A stretch of 64,000 bases of DNA, taken from positions 30,628,001 to 30,692,000 of the forward strand of contig NC_043000.1 of assembly GCF_006345805.1 (NCBI RefSeq). Direction: 5' to 3'. A model generated the notes under the pieces. That model was not told the origin of the DNA. It worked only from the letters and a program-made list of their open reading frames with translations, and did no database searches. Source of the DNA: Octopus sinensis. Its lineage: Eukaryota. Below, one piece after another: positions 38,026 through 51,416 of this stretch. Within the stretch, counting starts at the first letter, position 1, and each line of letters opens with the position of its first letter. A program made the translations under genes and the position numbers.

Positions 38026-39166
38026 ATTATTTATTACTATCATTATTGTAATTATTTAAAATAGTTTCAGTTCGGCCCATATGACGTAATGTTTCGTTCG
38101 CTTCTTGCAGAAAGCTAGCTCCCTGGGCTAAGTTAGTCGATTCGGTGAAGACTATAAGAAATGTATAGAAAATGTAGAAAATGTAATGATAGGTATTAAA
38201 TACACCCATATGTATGCAACAGAGACATAAACGTGCTTAAAGGTACACAGATTTTGACGTATATATTGATATGAATGAAAAAATTTCATGCGTCTTTGTG
38301 GGTAAAACTTAATGTGCACCTTTCTGATGCGTCTTTGTGCTACTTTCTTGAATCTGATATCCATAAGTCATGTAGGATTATTTAAGCTAGACAATCGTCT
38401 ATCTAAACTTAACTGGTATAAAATGGTGCTATTTCTAATGAATTTTATGTATTTAATAGTAGTAAGGTCGTCCAGAAGTATGACCATCATAATGCCGGAT
38501 AACGAAAGCATTTCTTTCCAGCTTGGTCTTCTATAGCTTGGTACATATAAAATCCGAGTGACAGAAAAATACTGTTTTTCTCTAAGGAGGTAATTTTGAG
38601 AAAATCAAAATTTGCTCACTAATTGATTAAAATTTAATATTTGTACACTAATTGCTTAAGAAGAGTGGTTTTATTCCTGGTGTAAGTGTGCCATTTTCTA
38701 GTTTACCGAATCGTTATTATTAGCAAGGTTCAACAGACATGTCAGCCGTTGAGTGTTGCATGTGAATGAGTGAGAAATAATCATGAAAATATTAAAGGTA
38801 GATTTCTCCCGCAAACGAATACTATGCTTTACGTCAACACTAAAAACGTTCCCCATTCCTCTCGATTCCTAAACTAAAAGAATATCAGGATGAAAAAAAG
38901 TCTCATTCCAAGGACCTCCCCCATGTTTAATGAAATGTCTCACTTTTAATAAATAATGATTAATTAATAATTCACCGGTGGCAATATGCTGAAACATGAT
39001 TATCACCCACCTGAATATGTAAGAAGCTCGTAATAATTAAAGAAAAAAGTGAACTCTATGCTTTCGTTTTTGGATTTGGTTTGCAAGATTCTTTATATGA
39101 GTTCGTGTATTGAAGCATATTCTGTTGTGTCTGGGGAGAGTCATTCTCTTTCAGCGCCTTATAATT

Positions 39167-39333
39167 TAACACACCCACTGGTAAAATTTCCACTTATTTC
39201 TTATTTTTATTTTCCTAAAATTTTCGTTGCGTCTTGCAACCTTATTGGAAAGGTTGCAAGATGCAACGAAAATTTTAGGAAAATAAAGATGAAAATAAGA
39301 AAAAAAATGGAAATTTTACCGGTGAGTGTGTTA
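39167..39333. mobile_element. Palindromic MITE-like element (~167 bp, TA ends)
   Basis: Left arm taacacacccactggtaaaatttcc...cgttgcgtcttgcaacctt, 6-nt loop attgga, right arm aaggttgcaagatgcaacg...ggaaattttaccggtgagtgtgtta. Confidence 0.85.
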
Positions 39334-41682
39334 CATTATAAGGCACAAAAAGAAAATGAACTCTATTTTTCCTTTTAATTAACTTAATCCGGCCTTATGT
39401 TGTCAGGGGCTTCTTATCTCCTTTGTAACAACAACCATCACTAGTGGAAACTGTGTATTTTAAACTGCTGTTTATCTTTAAGCCATTCAGTTCATCAAAA
39501 TAGCGAATTCCCTTTTGTATGCATAGGCAAAATGTATAGCGCTCATAAGGCTTCTACATATCGTACAGGTAAACATGCATTGTATAACGGTGTTGCTTTG
39601 TCAACCTGAAAGCAATGTAAGCTGGAATAAATTCGAGTAGAACAAATGTACTTTCAAACAATGCTTCCTCAAAATCTGTTGCATAAGCAACTACGATGAG
39701 CAAATCTTTCTCGCTTTACACATTAATTGCGATTCATTAATATCACTCTTAATTAAATCATCATAAAAAAATTAACAAGCAAAAAATTACAAATTAAGAA
39801 ATCATGTTCAAAAAATTATTAAGCAAGGATAAGGCAATAATACTTGCAAGAAAAGAAATTGAACATTGTATTCTTTCAACTTTCACTTTGCATAACATTT
39901 CCTATCAAATAAAAAGAAACAAATACACAGCTTATGTATTCAAGTAGGTAAATATACATTACATTTGTATTGTGCGTACACTGCATGTTTCTACACAAGA
40001 TTTCGTGTTCTATTTATAATTATTTTTATTCAAACATCTGGGCCATCTGTATTTATGAAGCTGGAAATCTGATAATCACTGGACAAAATACATTAAATTT
40101 AACCTCCACCTCTTTGCACATAAATCAGTCAGACATTGTTATGTATGTATATTTTCTATGAAAACTAATGAGGAAGTAATCGCTCTGGGCCTCTCTCATA
40201 GGATACCATCTAAAATGAAATCATAATTAAAATTCTGTCTACAGTTGGTAATAATTTGTACCGATTTATATCGCTTTATTGCCCACAGAATAATTTTCTA
40301 ATTAATTATTTCATTTGTAATAGTCTGAAAGCAAGCTAATTAATTAGTCGTATTTTAGATATAATAAGGCAGTCGATTTGATTGCAATTCTGTGGCTTGG
40401 TAGTGATGGAACAAGATGATTTGAAATGAATAAATACAATCTATAATAAATATAATACAATATAATGTTTTGTCTATCATTGTCATGTACACAAATTGGT
40501 CGATTTATTATTCAACTTTCGAGAACTTTAACTCCGATTTCTTTGAATAGTCAACCATAAATTATCAGTATTATTTGTTCATATTTCGTTTTGAATATGT
40601 TCAGTGATGTTACATCTTGTCAAACGTTATTTATTTGCTGTTGTGGATGATATTATTAAAATATGACTAAGAGACCTGGAGTCAATTTTCAGACAATTCT
40701 CCTAAAATCAAATGTTTAAAGGCTAAAAGTTCAGTAGATGGACTCAAATATATTAATATGTAAATTATATTTCAAATTATGGCAGTTTAAAAACAAAATA
40801 ATGTACGTAAATACAAGTTAATATTCAATGTTTATTTAGTATACTGATAGACAGAAGTAGACTCGCAGCTAATTTATACAGAACCCCTATTTTAAGATAT
40901 CTCTGTGTTTGCTGTAAACTACCTGAACACAATGAAGTATAAAAACAATGACCTTCTTATTAATACATAACATGTCCCACTCCTTACAGTTATTAAAATA
41001 TAATGAAGAACAACGTAGCATAATATCACTGAAGCATAAAGGCGCCGCACAATATTAGTTCTAATAACTCATTGCTCTGTCCCGAGAAATTAATATCAGA
41101 TGATCATTAATGAACGATATGCTGTCGCGTAGAACCATTTATTTGTCTGTTTTGTCGCTGAATACAATTACAGCTCGCTTTACGTAGGAGCCAAAATGAC
41201 TGCTGTTATTCCTGAGTCAAAGTTTATGATAGTGGAGATGCTGTATTTGACAAACAACAGATAATGCATTATGTTAATATCTAATAATAGATTGTTGTAT
41301 AATAAACGTTATTTATAATATGATATATATATATGTATGTATATTTATGCATTTATGAATGTATGAATTTATATGTATATGCTCTACCATAGTTTATGGA
41401 CATAATAACAAACTAATACACTTTATTTACATTATAGCAATTATGTTTGAAAGCTCTAAATAATAAGTAGCATCAAATTGTAAACATATTGCGGATAATT
41501 TTGAATAAGGTTAAGTCTGTGATTTAATGAGAAACAATAGTAGCAAACAGCTAAGAAATAATGAGAGACTACAAATAGGATAAGACCATTCCTAGTGTTG
41601 TGGTAATCGTAACTACTTAACACGCTGAAGGTCGAATGTTCGGAATTTATCGGAAATTTTGGGTGGGGGGGTTTGGTGGGGG

Positions 41683-41847
41683 AGCAGGTATGGCTGTGTA
41701 GTTAAGAAACTTGCTTTGTAACTACGTGATTTCCGGATCAGTCTCACAAAAGGGTATTCGGAAAAAGTGTCTTATACTGTTGCACGGGCTGATTAATGTC
41801 TTCTGAATAAATTTGGTAGGCGGCAAGTGTGGAAGCCAATCGTATTA

Positions 41848-41850
<3 letters not shown>
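41683..41850 (+). mobile_element. Degenerate SINE family A 5' half
   Basis: gagcaggtatggctgtgtagttaagaaacttgcttt...aagtgtcttatactgttgcacgggctg. Confidence 0.7.
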
Positions 41851-41929
<79 letters not shown>

Positions 41930-42140
41930 ATACGTGCGTGTGTGTGTTTATCTATCTATAAGATTTTTACCCTTGGACATTTATACCGGAGACCGCAGTT
42001 TCCCGAACAAAATTATCTCGCCCTGGCGAAGTCTCCTTATATACACTGTTCTGCATTTTGTTCTTTCTTTCTTTTTATTTATGTCGTCTGTGTGTATGTG
42101 TACGTGTCGTCTGTGTAAATCTGTTCTCTGTGTATGTATC

Positions 42141-42200
<60 letters not shown>

Positions 42201-42226
42201 TATATATATATATTATATATATATAT

Positions 42227-42274
<48 letters not shown>

Positions 42275-42539
42275 AGTATATGTATGTGTGTGTGTGTCTG
42301 TATTTATGCACACACACACATATGTATATGATAAAGTAAACAGATATTGAGATATCGGTTATAAGGTAATTATTTACACGACTTTACGCATATTTCTTTA
42401 ATACAATAATTATTAGTTTTGTAAATATACAATCAAATTGCATTGTCAAATATTCAGAATGGCGGTGCCCCAGCATGGCCACAGCTCGTGAGCTGAAACT
42501 ATCGAATCAATCATATGCGTAACTTCCTCTCTTAATATT

Positions 42540-43020
42540 ACCAAATTGGTGAAGGCGGCAGCTGGCAGAAACGTTAGCACATCGGGCGAAAGATTTAACG
42601 GCATTTCGACCGTGTTTACGTTGTGAGTCTAAAATTCCGCCGATGTCAGCTTTGATTTTCAAGCCTCTTGGGGTGGATAAAATAGTTACCATTCGAGCAC
42701 TGGAATCAATTTAATCAACTTAGCCCCTCCCCCTAAACCTCTGGGCTTGTGCTTAAATTCGAAACCAATATTCTTTTCTGCTCTAGGCACAAGGCCTGAC
42801 ATTTTAGGCGTGCTAATGTTTCTGCCATCTCGCCGCCTTAAAGTTTCTGAGACAAGGAATTCTTTTCTACTCTAGGAACAAGGCCCGAAATTTGGGGCGG
42901 GAGAGCAGTCGATTAGATCGACCCCAGTACACAACTGGTACTTAATTTATCGACCGCGAAAGGATGAGAGACAAAGTCGACCTCGGCGGATTTTGAACTC
43001 AGAGCGTAAAGACAGGAGAA
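42540..43020. mobile_element. Cluster of SINE family B copies in opposite orientations
   Basis: Plus copy from gaaggcggcagctggcagaaacgttagc (~42550) to ~42770; minus copies at ~42775-42835 and ~42860-43015. Confidence 0.85.
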
Positions 43021-43328
43021 ACCTGCAGAAATATTAAAACAAAAATATAATCCAAAATTTAGTCTAGAGTGACAAATCAGCACGTGACAGCTGAAGCAGA
43101 AGGCTAACGGTCAAGAAATCTGTGGCGGGAAAGTTTGCAGACGTTCAGTCGGTGTATAACTAACTGCCCAAACCCTTAATATATTCAATTAGATTCTTGA
43201 TAACGAGACTGTAATGCTCTAGAAGCGTCAGGCATGGGTTTAGGGACTTTGCTGTCAGAAGTTAAAATGAAAATAAGAAAATTATCAAATAAGAAACTGA
43301 AATATAGTTATGTATTTATAAATATATA

Positions 43329-44561
43329 TCAGGTCACTTTTTTTTTAATTGAATGAAATTTAATAGTATTTAGAATGTCGAATGGAATTTTAAATTATTT
43401 TTATGCATTTTATACATTTAAACTAATTAAATATTATTTTACAGAATAATAGAATTAAAGTTTCTTTGATTAAAACCCTTTCTAACAAGGAAGTATCCAA
43501 AGAGCATTTGAGGCACATAATGCTTTATGAGTACAAAAAAGGAAACTCTGCGGCCGAAGCGATTCGAAACATACACACAGTTTATGAGAAAGAATGCTTG
43601 AATGAAAGAACTTGCAGAAGACGGTTTGCAAAATTCAGGAGTGGAGATTTCAGCCTTGAAGATGAAGATCGAACAGGACGTCCAGTTGTGTTTGATGATA
43701 AGCTCTTTGAGATATTACTTGAAAAAAATCCTGCATTACCATTTGAAGTATTGGCAATAAAGCTTAGTTTAAACCATACAACTGTTCATCGTCATCTTCA
43801 ACAAGTTGGAAAGGTTCCTAAACTTGGAGAATGGATACCTCATGAATTGTCCCAAAGCAACCGCAAATCTCTAGTTGACATCTGCTCTTCTCTCCATTCT
43901 CGCGAACTCATTTCACGCTTTCTGTATAGACTTGTAACTGTTGACGAAAAATGGGTCATGTTAAATGTCGTAAACAGTGGCTTGGTGAAAGGGAAAAAGC
44001 TCAACAACAACCGAGAAGGGAACTTCATGGGAAAAAGGTTCTTCTCTCTATCTGGTGTGATTGCAAAGGAGTAATTCACTTTGAATTGTTACCACCTAAG
44101 GCAACAATCAATGCTCAAGTCTACTGTAAGCAATTAGAGCGTTTGAACCAAGCTTTGAAGAAAAAAAGCCCGCTTTAGTGAATCAAAAAGGAGTGATGTT
44201 TTATCAGGACAATGCATGACCCCACACTGCAATGATCACATCACAAAAAATCGAAGAGCTTGGTTGTGGAAAAATTCCTGATCCACCTTATTCTCCCGAT
44301 CTTGCTCCTTCAGACTACCATTTGTTTCGTAGTTTACAGAATCATTTGGGGGACATAACTTTCGCAAGCCAGAAGGAGGTCGAAACTGACATTTCAGAGT
44401 TCTTCGCTTTGAAACCAAAAGAGTATTACATTGATGGGATTAAAAAAGCTAGTCAATAGATGAAAGGAAGTCATAGATAATCAGGGATTTCAATTAAATA
44501 TAACATTTGATCACTTGTTTTCTTTATTCAAAATTCGGACAGAACTTATGGGGTGACCTGA
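43329..44561 (+). mobile_element. Mariner (DD34D) DNA transposon with a frameshifted transposase pseudogene
   Basis: HLRHIMLYEYKKG, RSGDFSLEDEDRTGRP, WIPHEL, LVTVDEKW, KKVLLSIW.D.KGVIHFELL, QDNA*PH and PPYSPDLAPSDYHLF spread over three frames (ORFs 43466, 43951, 44232). Ends TA-TCAGGTCAC ... GTGACCTGA-TA. Confidence 0.95.
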
Positions 44562-44589
44562 TATATATATGTGTGTGTGTGTGTGTCTG

Positions 44590-44624
<35 letters not shown>

Positions 44625-45359
44625 GGGTGTGTGTGTGTATGTGCGCGTGTCTGTGTGTGCGTGTGTATGTGTATTCTGAGCATACACATAGATATAACAT
44701 TTTATTTGTAGATCTTATCAGGCCACAGTATGATTTTCCAGTGTTTGAGGATGTACATCTACGAGTGGAAGGGCTTCGTGATTATCTCCGACCTGGCATT
44801 TTCATAGCATAAAAATATAGAAACGTTGTTCAGCACCAAAATCTCTGCACCTACACGCGACGTGCAATGCTTTGTACACTCTTTTCATAATTCTGAAAAG
44901 ATTTCTTAGTTTTCGTGCATAGTTTTACGTTAGATCATATCATGATAGAGATTGTGCACGTCAGTTATGCTTGTTATTACTTGAGAATCGGCTGTCCTCG
45001 AATGTAATTGCTTTTGTGTTGTAAGGGTGGGTAACATTACGGGGAATCATAATTATGTGCAATTAGTGTCATATAATTTCATTGCTTTGAATGTTATTCA
45101 CTGATTTATGTTACGAGTACAGGTTTGGCTGTGTTTAGGATTATGGAAATATATATTCACACGTACACACACAAGCACACAAACTATATGTACAGGTGTT
45201 TGCGTGTATTTATGCACACACGTACACACACGCACACACACACATGTATATGTATATTGTGCATATGCATATGTACATTTGTTTCTAATTATATATCCAT
45301 ACAACTGATACATACATATTTATGCGTATATTGATATGCACCTATATACATATAGAGAG

Positions 45360-45362
45360 ATT

Positions 45363-45400
<38 letters not shown>

Positions 45401-45680
45401 TATTAAATTATTATATATATATATATGTATATAATATATATACATATATATATATATGTATATAATATATATATATATATATATATGAATATATATATAT
45501 ATATGCATATATATATATATATGTATATATGTGTATAAATATACATACATACATAAAAGTGTATAAATGTACGTGCATATATATATAAATATGCATGTGT
45601 GTGTATATGGAGGAAACGTGTGTATATGTACGTCTATGTGTATATGGCTATAAATGCATGTACATAAATATGTGTGTGTG
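45360..45680. repeat. (TA)n-rich compound microsatellite
   Basis: Directly visible. Confidence 0.95.
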
Positions 45681-46409
45681 CCATAAACAAGATCTTGCGC
45701 AAGCAATATTTTGACACCGAAGTTAATTTCTTTCAGAAAGGTTGATATTCATACCAAGTGTATCGCTAAATTACATCTTGTGATTGAGATTCTGTCTCGT
45801 TGCCAATTGGTAATATAAATAATGAGATTTATATAAAACTTAGATTAATCATCCAGGTATCATACATCCTGACAAGTTTGATAATATCTCTCAATCAAAC
45901 TTGCCCAAGCCTTTACTCTTAGCAACTTTCTAAGATATTATCTTTGACACGAATGCAGAATTAGACTTAGGCTGTTGTATCGGCATTTATTCTGAGTTAT
46001 AAAAAAGATATTTTTAAAGAACTTTTGATGGATTCGAAAGATTTTGGTCTAGAATATATGTGAAATTCCACATCGTCTATTGCGTTCTTACTCAATCATT
46101 TTTACTGCTAAGAATAATGTTTCGAAAATGGTTACAGAAATTCGAAGAATTCCTTTGGCCTGAGGGCAAAACATATCAAGTTTACGAGAGTGTGGGCAGT
46201 CTTTCACATTTTCTCTCTAAATGGATTTTAACTTCATATTTAAACTCTGTTAATTTTATCTTTACCTGCTTCGAGTTTCACGAATACAAAATTATGTATA
46301 TATGCTTGCATGTATGTATGTGCGTATGTATATATGCATATATGTGCGATATGATATATTTACCATCTCGTGGACAGAATATTTTATTAACTAGAAGATT
46401 ATTTTAAAT

Positions 46410-46615
46410 TATGGTTTCAAATTTTGATGCAATGTTTGAAAATTTTGCAGGAGGAAGTCGATTACATCAAGTACTCGACTGGTACTTTTGTTACCAATCG
46501 CGGAAATGTTAGAGACAAAATCGACCTCGGCGGAATTTGAACTCAGAAGCAAGGCGCCGTAAGAAGTGTTGCTAAGCATTTTGTCTGACGTAAAGATTCT
46601 ACCATCTCCCTACCG
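46410..46615 (-). mobile_element. Degenerate SINE family B
   Basis: gtcgattacatcaagtactcgactggtac...aaatcgacctcggcggaatttgaactcagaagc...gattctaccatctcccta. Confidence 0.75.
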
Positions 46616-47920
46616 TAAATCATTATTAAATTATAAAACTCATTTGTGTGTGTTAGAAAATTAATTCAAAATTCCTTATTTTATCCGACGGGCAGGATCG
46701 CGCGTGCCTCATGTATACCAGTTGTATAAAATCAAAGACAGGTCAGTTGGAGACAGTTAATATTCGCTTTGCAGTTAGAATTCCAGGTTTAGCAACATAT
46801 TTTGGAATTTCGGTAGAAATTAGCGAGAAAGAATAAATGGAGAGGATAGGTTGGCTTGTTGATGTTGCTGTTGTAGCTTTGAAATGCTAGGTCAACCATT
46901 ACCCCGGAAAAATACCATTACAGGCCATCTCTCTATATTTTTGTATAAAAAATATATCTTTAACTTTTAAGAAACTCACTGGTTAATTGCGACCCCTGTG
47001 CCTGTTCTGGTACTATTGTTCTATATATCGCTATGGGGGAGATAAGTCACCACGCTCTCTAGCGTTCGAGTGTCCCTCACTGACAAGACAAAAGAAGGTC
47101 GAAATGACGCGATCTTGTAGTCTTGGCGGGGTAGCGGTGATTTATCGCTTGCAATATAACCAGGAATGCATTATGCACCAAAAGTCAATGTGAGAGTTTC
47201 TCTCGTGGTATTTAGCGCAGTATAGTTTGTTCTCACAGAACATCCACGTTTAAGTGTGAATAAATATTACTTCACGATATTCTTGTATATCTAGAACAAC
47301 ATTGTTCAATGAGTTTTTCATGGTTCTACATGACAGCACGTCGTTTCATTAATGAACATCTGACATTAATATCTCAGGACACACGAATGAGTTATCACAA
47401 GTAGCCAAGTGTGATTAGATGGTATACTTTGGGTACATGTACTGTATACATTTATGCAAACACACACACACGCACGTATATGTATACGTACATACATGCA
47501 CACTCACACACACACACGGTAGCTGCTATTGATAACTCAATGTGTATTCCGATAATCTGCAGGGTAAAAGTGAGATGTCATTTGATTGGATTCCAAAGTT
47601 GAGTACGGCACAGACGATGGAGCCACGTGACAGTGTTTTCTAACGTTGGTGTGAAACGATTCCCGAAAAGTCGTATTATAAGTTACTGATGAGGTTAACT
47701 CCAGTAAACAGGAAGTATGATAATGTATATCACAGTCTTAATACATTGGCAATAATCCAATATTCAGATCGGAAGTACAATATTCTGTGGGTCTAGAAAA
47801 ATGAAGGATCAACCATTGGGATTTAGCTTTAGTATGTAGTGAATTGTAAGTTTTCGCTGAACATTGTTCAAAAATATGCAATATGTACTGGTGCAACACG
47901 GTTTCAAGCTAGTAATGCGT

Positions 47921-48830
47921 GTGTCTGTGTTCGGATTGTCCTTGCACAGGGGCCATCCGGACTCCCGTCTTCGCCGTGAACAGGAATTAATCTTCTCTCT
48001 TCACTCCTTTGCGTAAAATGGGCTCAACTTTCCTACCCACTTTATCTAACCAACCTCTCCCCTCCTCTCTTCCCCTGACACCTACTTCCTCCCACCTACC
48101 TCTCCTCTCTTGCTTCAACTCCTACTTCTCTTCACTCCTACTCTCCTTCTCTTTTCTCTTCATTCCTACCCACTTTCTCCCTTCCTCCCCTCACTTCATT
48201 GTCACCCCTCCCTGTCACCCCATCCCTACACAATCCAACCCCATCTTTTCTATCCATCCTATCCCACCCAACGCATACCTTACACCCACTCCCTCATACC
48301 CCACCTCTACCCACACCCCCAGCTTAACCCACATCCCACCTTTGCTTTCCCCACACTTGCCTCCCTAACATCCCAAAACCATCACACCACACACCACAAT
48401 ATCACACAACGCCACATCCCATCACACCACCACGCACACACTAGCACTGGCCACTTCCCAGCACCCACACCTTCATCCACAGACCTACACATGCACTCAC
48501 GCACACGTCAGGTTCACCAGCCCCCTTCCACATGCACATACATGCTCTCTTATACACACACATGAGCACCTTCGTTTTGGGATCCAATACTTTATCATCT
48601 CTCTCCTTAGCTCTTCTGTGTGACCCCTCTGTCCGGCATTTGCCATGATTGATTGCTAGCCACTACACATTCTTTATTTTCTCTCCTTGTTTCTTTCTGT
48701 GTCCCTTTCTGTGGAAGAGCGTAGGCTCGAAACGTTAAATACTTTTTTCATTTCCGAGCGTTAAATTAATACATCTGTTTGTTGTCTACACCACCTGTCT
48801 TCGTCTTTTTTTTCTTTGTGAATTCTCACC
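47921..48830 (+). mobile_element. 5'-truncated Penelope-like element (Neptune-like EN C-terminus, C-rich 3' UTR, H1-related terminal repeat)
   Basis: Frame from 47921: VSVFGLSLHRGHPDSRLRREQELIFSLHSFA*NGLN (cf. PLE EN end GLSLH.G....R...EQ..IF.L.T..P.G.N), then ~550 bp of C/pyrimidine-rich DNA and cttt CTGTGGA agagc gtag gctc GAAAC GTT aaat at 48705-48740. Confidence 0.75.
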
Positions 48831-50489
48831 TATACCAAACCATCAGATTGCACTGGATAAAGTCTGACAAGAAATATTTCATTATGTAAAAATATTAGAA
48901 AATTGAATATTGATAAAATAGTGCTTAACAATGATTTAAACAAAACTTATCTAAAGGAAATCACACAAGGGGTCAGTGGCACTTATTTGAACAATGTCCG
49001 CATGTGCAGGTGTACCAAATACCATACAACATAAATTGCTGTTTTACAGTTATCTAGACGTGGTATCTGAATTATTTCCCATGGTTACTGGAAATAAGTT
49101 CGGACAATTGTGCTGAGGATAACTATCGAGCCAGAAACGCAGGTCCACAAGAGTCCTCTCTTCTCCAAACAATAAAATCCGAACTTTTCCTTAATGACAT
49201 GTTAACTTGGAGAATTCTTGATTCTTGAGATTGACTCCCGTTCTCAAATGGAAGCGGTTTTAATTATCGTTTAGTAATTACGACACATCTCTAGAAGTAG
49301 AAAATTTATGTTGTAAAGTATTTGATATACCTGTATTTGTCTTTGAAGTATAATAATAGATGCGGTTTCAAGCTACTTGATGAAAATCTTAAACAAAATC
49401 AAACGTTTAGAATTTCTTAGACTCGCAATAATAAATCTTCACAATGTTTGATTACAAAATCACAAAGGAAGTTCCTTCACTGCTACCGTACATTATCGAA
49501 AGACCGTAGTATTTGGTTACAACATCAAAACTCCAGGATAAACGATCTTATTTCAATAGCAATCACATCAAAGACAAAAAGATCATTATAAGACCCGATA
49601 ATTGCTTATTGCTTCACTGTTTTATTTATTGGAAAGGAATTTAAATGAAAACGAGATTATTATTATTATTATTATTATATTATTATTATTATTAGTTACT
49701 TCATAGGAAAATAATTTATACTGTATAAAACGGTGTCTGCTTACTCGTTAGATATTGATCTTAGTCCTTCTTAAATGGAACATAAGTAGACGAAACGTAA
49801 TCATCAATTTTTATCAGATTTATTTTATATGTTCCTGACACCTCCCTGGATAAAAATAAGTGATCCGAAAAGTAAGCAAGAGGTTAATTAACTAAATAAT
49901 TATGACCGAGCACTCTCCTGATTATTTTCTATCGACTTTCTATTAAAGATATCATTTCACTTCTGTGTTCAGAATATATTAGTTTTATTTGCAACTGATT
50001 CGATCTTCCTTCTTTTAATCAACTTCGTGCGTCTCTGGGAATTAATTTACCATTAATTATTCATCGATTTAATCTCAGGTGCGTATATACCCACACCAGC
50101 GTATATATATTCTTGCCACATCTGGAAAGTCTATTCATCAAACTGTGTTTTTATATAATATAGATTTTATACTAATCTTTTTTGATTGTCAATCATTGCA
50201 TTGCTTCAGTGTAAACAAGCTCAACAACTTGTGAACATCAAGGCAGCCACATTGATAAAACTATATTCGACTCGCAAAACCTTATATAATATATAGACGG
50301 GAAATTGGGATGTGCCTTTATTAAACTTAAACTTAGATATGTTTCGACCAAAGATTGGTCCAGGCCATGTCTAACTTAATAGCTACCACCTGATAGGATT
50401 ATTCGAATCCTGTTTAAGTCAAGTTTTGTTCAAGTAGTGAACATTATGTTCACTACATAATATTCAAGTAGTGAATATTATGTTATTCT

Positions 50490-50690
50490 TTTACTTGTTT
50501 CATTCATTTGATTGTAACCGTGCTGGGGCAGCACGTGTAGTCCAACATATCGACCCCAGGACATAGTCTTTGTAAGTCTAGTACTTATTGTATCGGTCTC
50601 TTTTTCCGAACCGCAGACTTACGGGGACTTAAACTCACCAACATCGGTTATCAAGCGAGGGTGGGGGAGAGAGCAAATGAGACAGACGCA
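50490..50690 (-). mobile_element. SINE family A 3' half
   Basis: tcttttacttgtttcattcatttgattg...ctagtacttattgtatcggtctctttttccgaaccgc...aacatcggttatcaagcgag. Confidence 0.8.
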
Positions 50691-50785
50691 CTCAAATATA
50701 AATATATAAATAAATATATATATATGTATATACACATATGTACACATACATATATATACATGTATATATATATTTATATATATAT

Positions 50786-50944
50786 AAAATTAAATATGGG
50801 TAGAAATTGATATTAATCAATTAAAACCAGTAGCCTAGCATAATTTAAAAATCCGAAGATTAAAATTTTTTTTCGGATTTTTAAAATATGCTAGGCCACT
50901 GGTTATAATTGATTAATATCAATTTCTACTCTTATTTAATTTTA
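50786..50944. mobile_element. Palindromic MITE-like element (~160 bp)
   Basis: Arm 50786-50857 (aaaattaaatatgggtagaaattgatattaatcaattaaaaccagtagcctagcataatttaaaaatccgaa) is the near reverse complement of 50872-50944. Confidence 0.85.
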
Positions 50945-51416
50945 AATTAAAAAAATGTTCTTTAGCCGGTAAATTGACTGCTGTTGTTTATTAACTGCAG
51001 AGTAATTTCCGATCTCAGCGCGCCAAAGTGAAGACATTTGAAAGATACACATAAATATAATTTGTGGAACTTTACACCATGCTGGATTTCGGTCGAACGT
51101 CCTGTATCTAGTTCTAGAATTTGTGTTTCGTAAACGACAGACTATGCTGATGATCTTGCAGATGTTTATGTATTCATATACGTAAATTATTAACAAGTGA
51201 AACTAATTAGTACATAGGTAATCGTTTTTATTCCGTATATTTTCATTTGTCTTACTTATTTTTACGCTTTGATTTTTTGCTGAAATTTTTCTTGAGAACA
51301 CATTCTCAGTGGAAAATGGCGATTTTGACGTCTATATCTAGCATACAGGCTGCCCACTTTTAGTGGTCATTCCACTAAATTTTGTATTTATACATATATA
51401 TATATATATATATACA

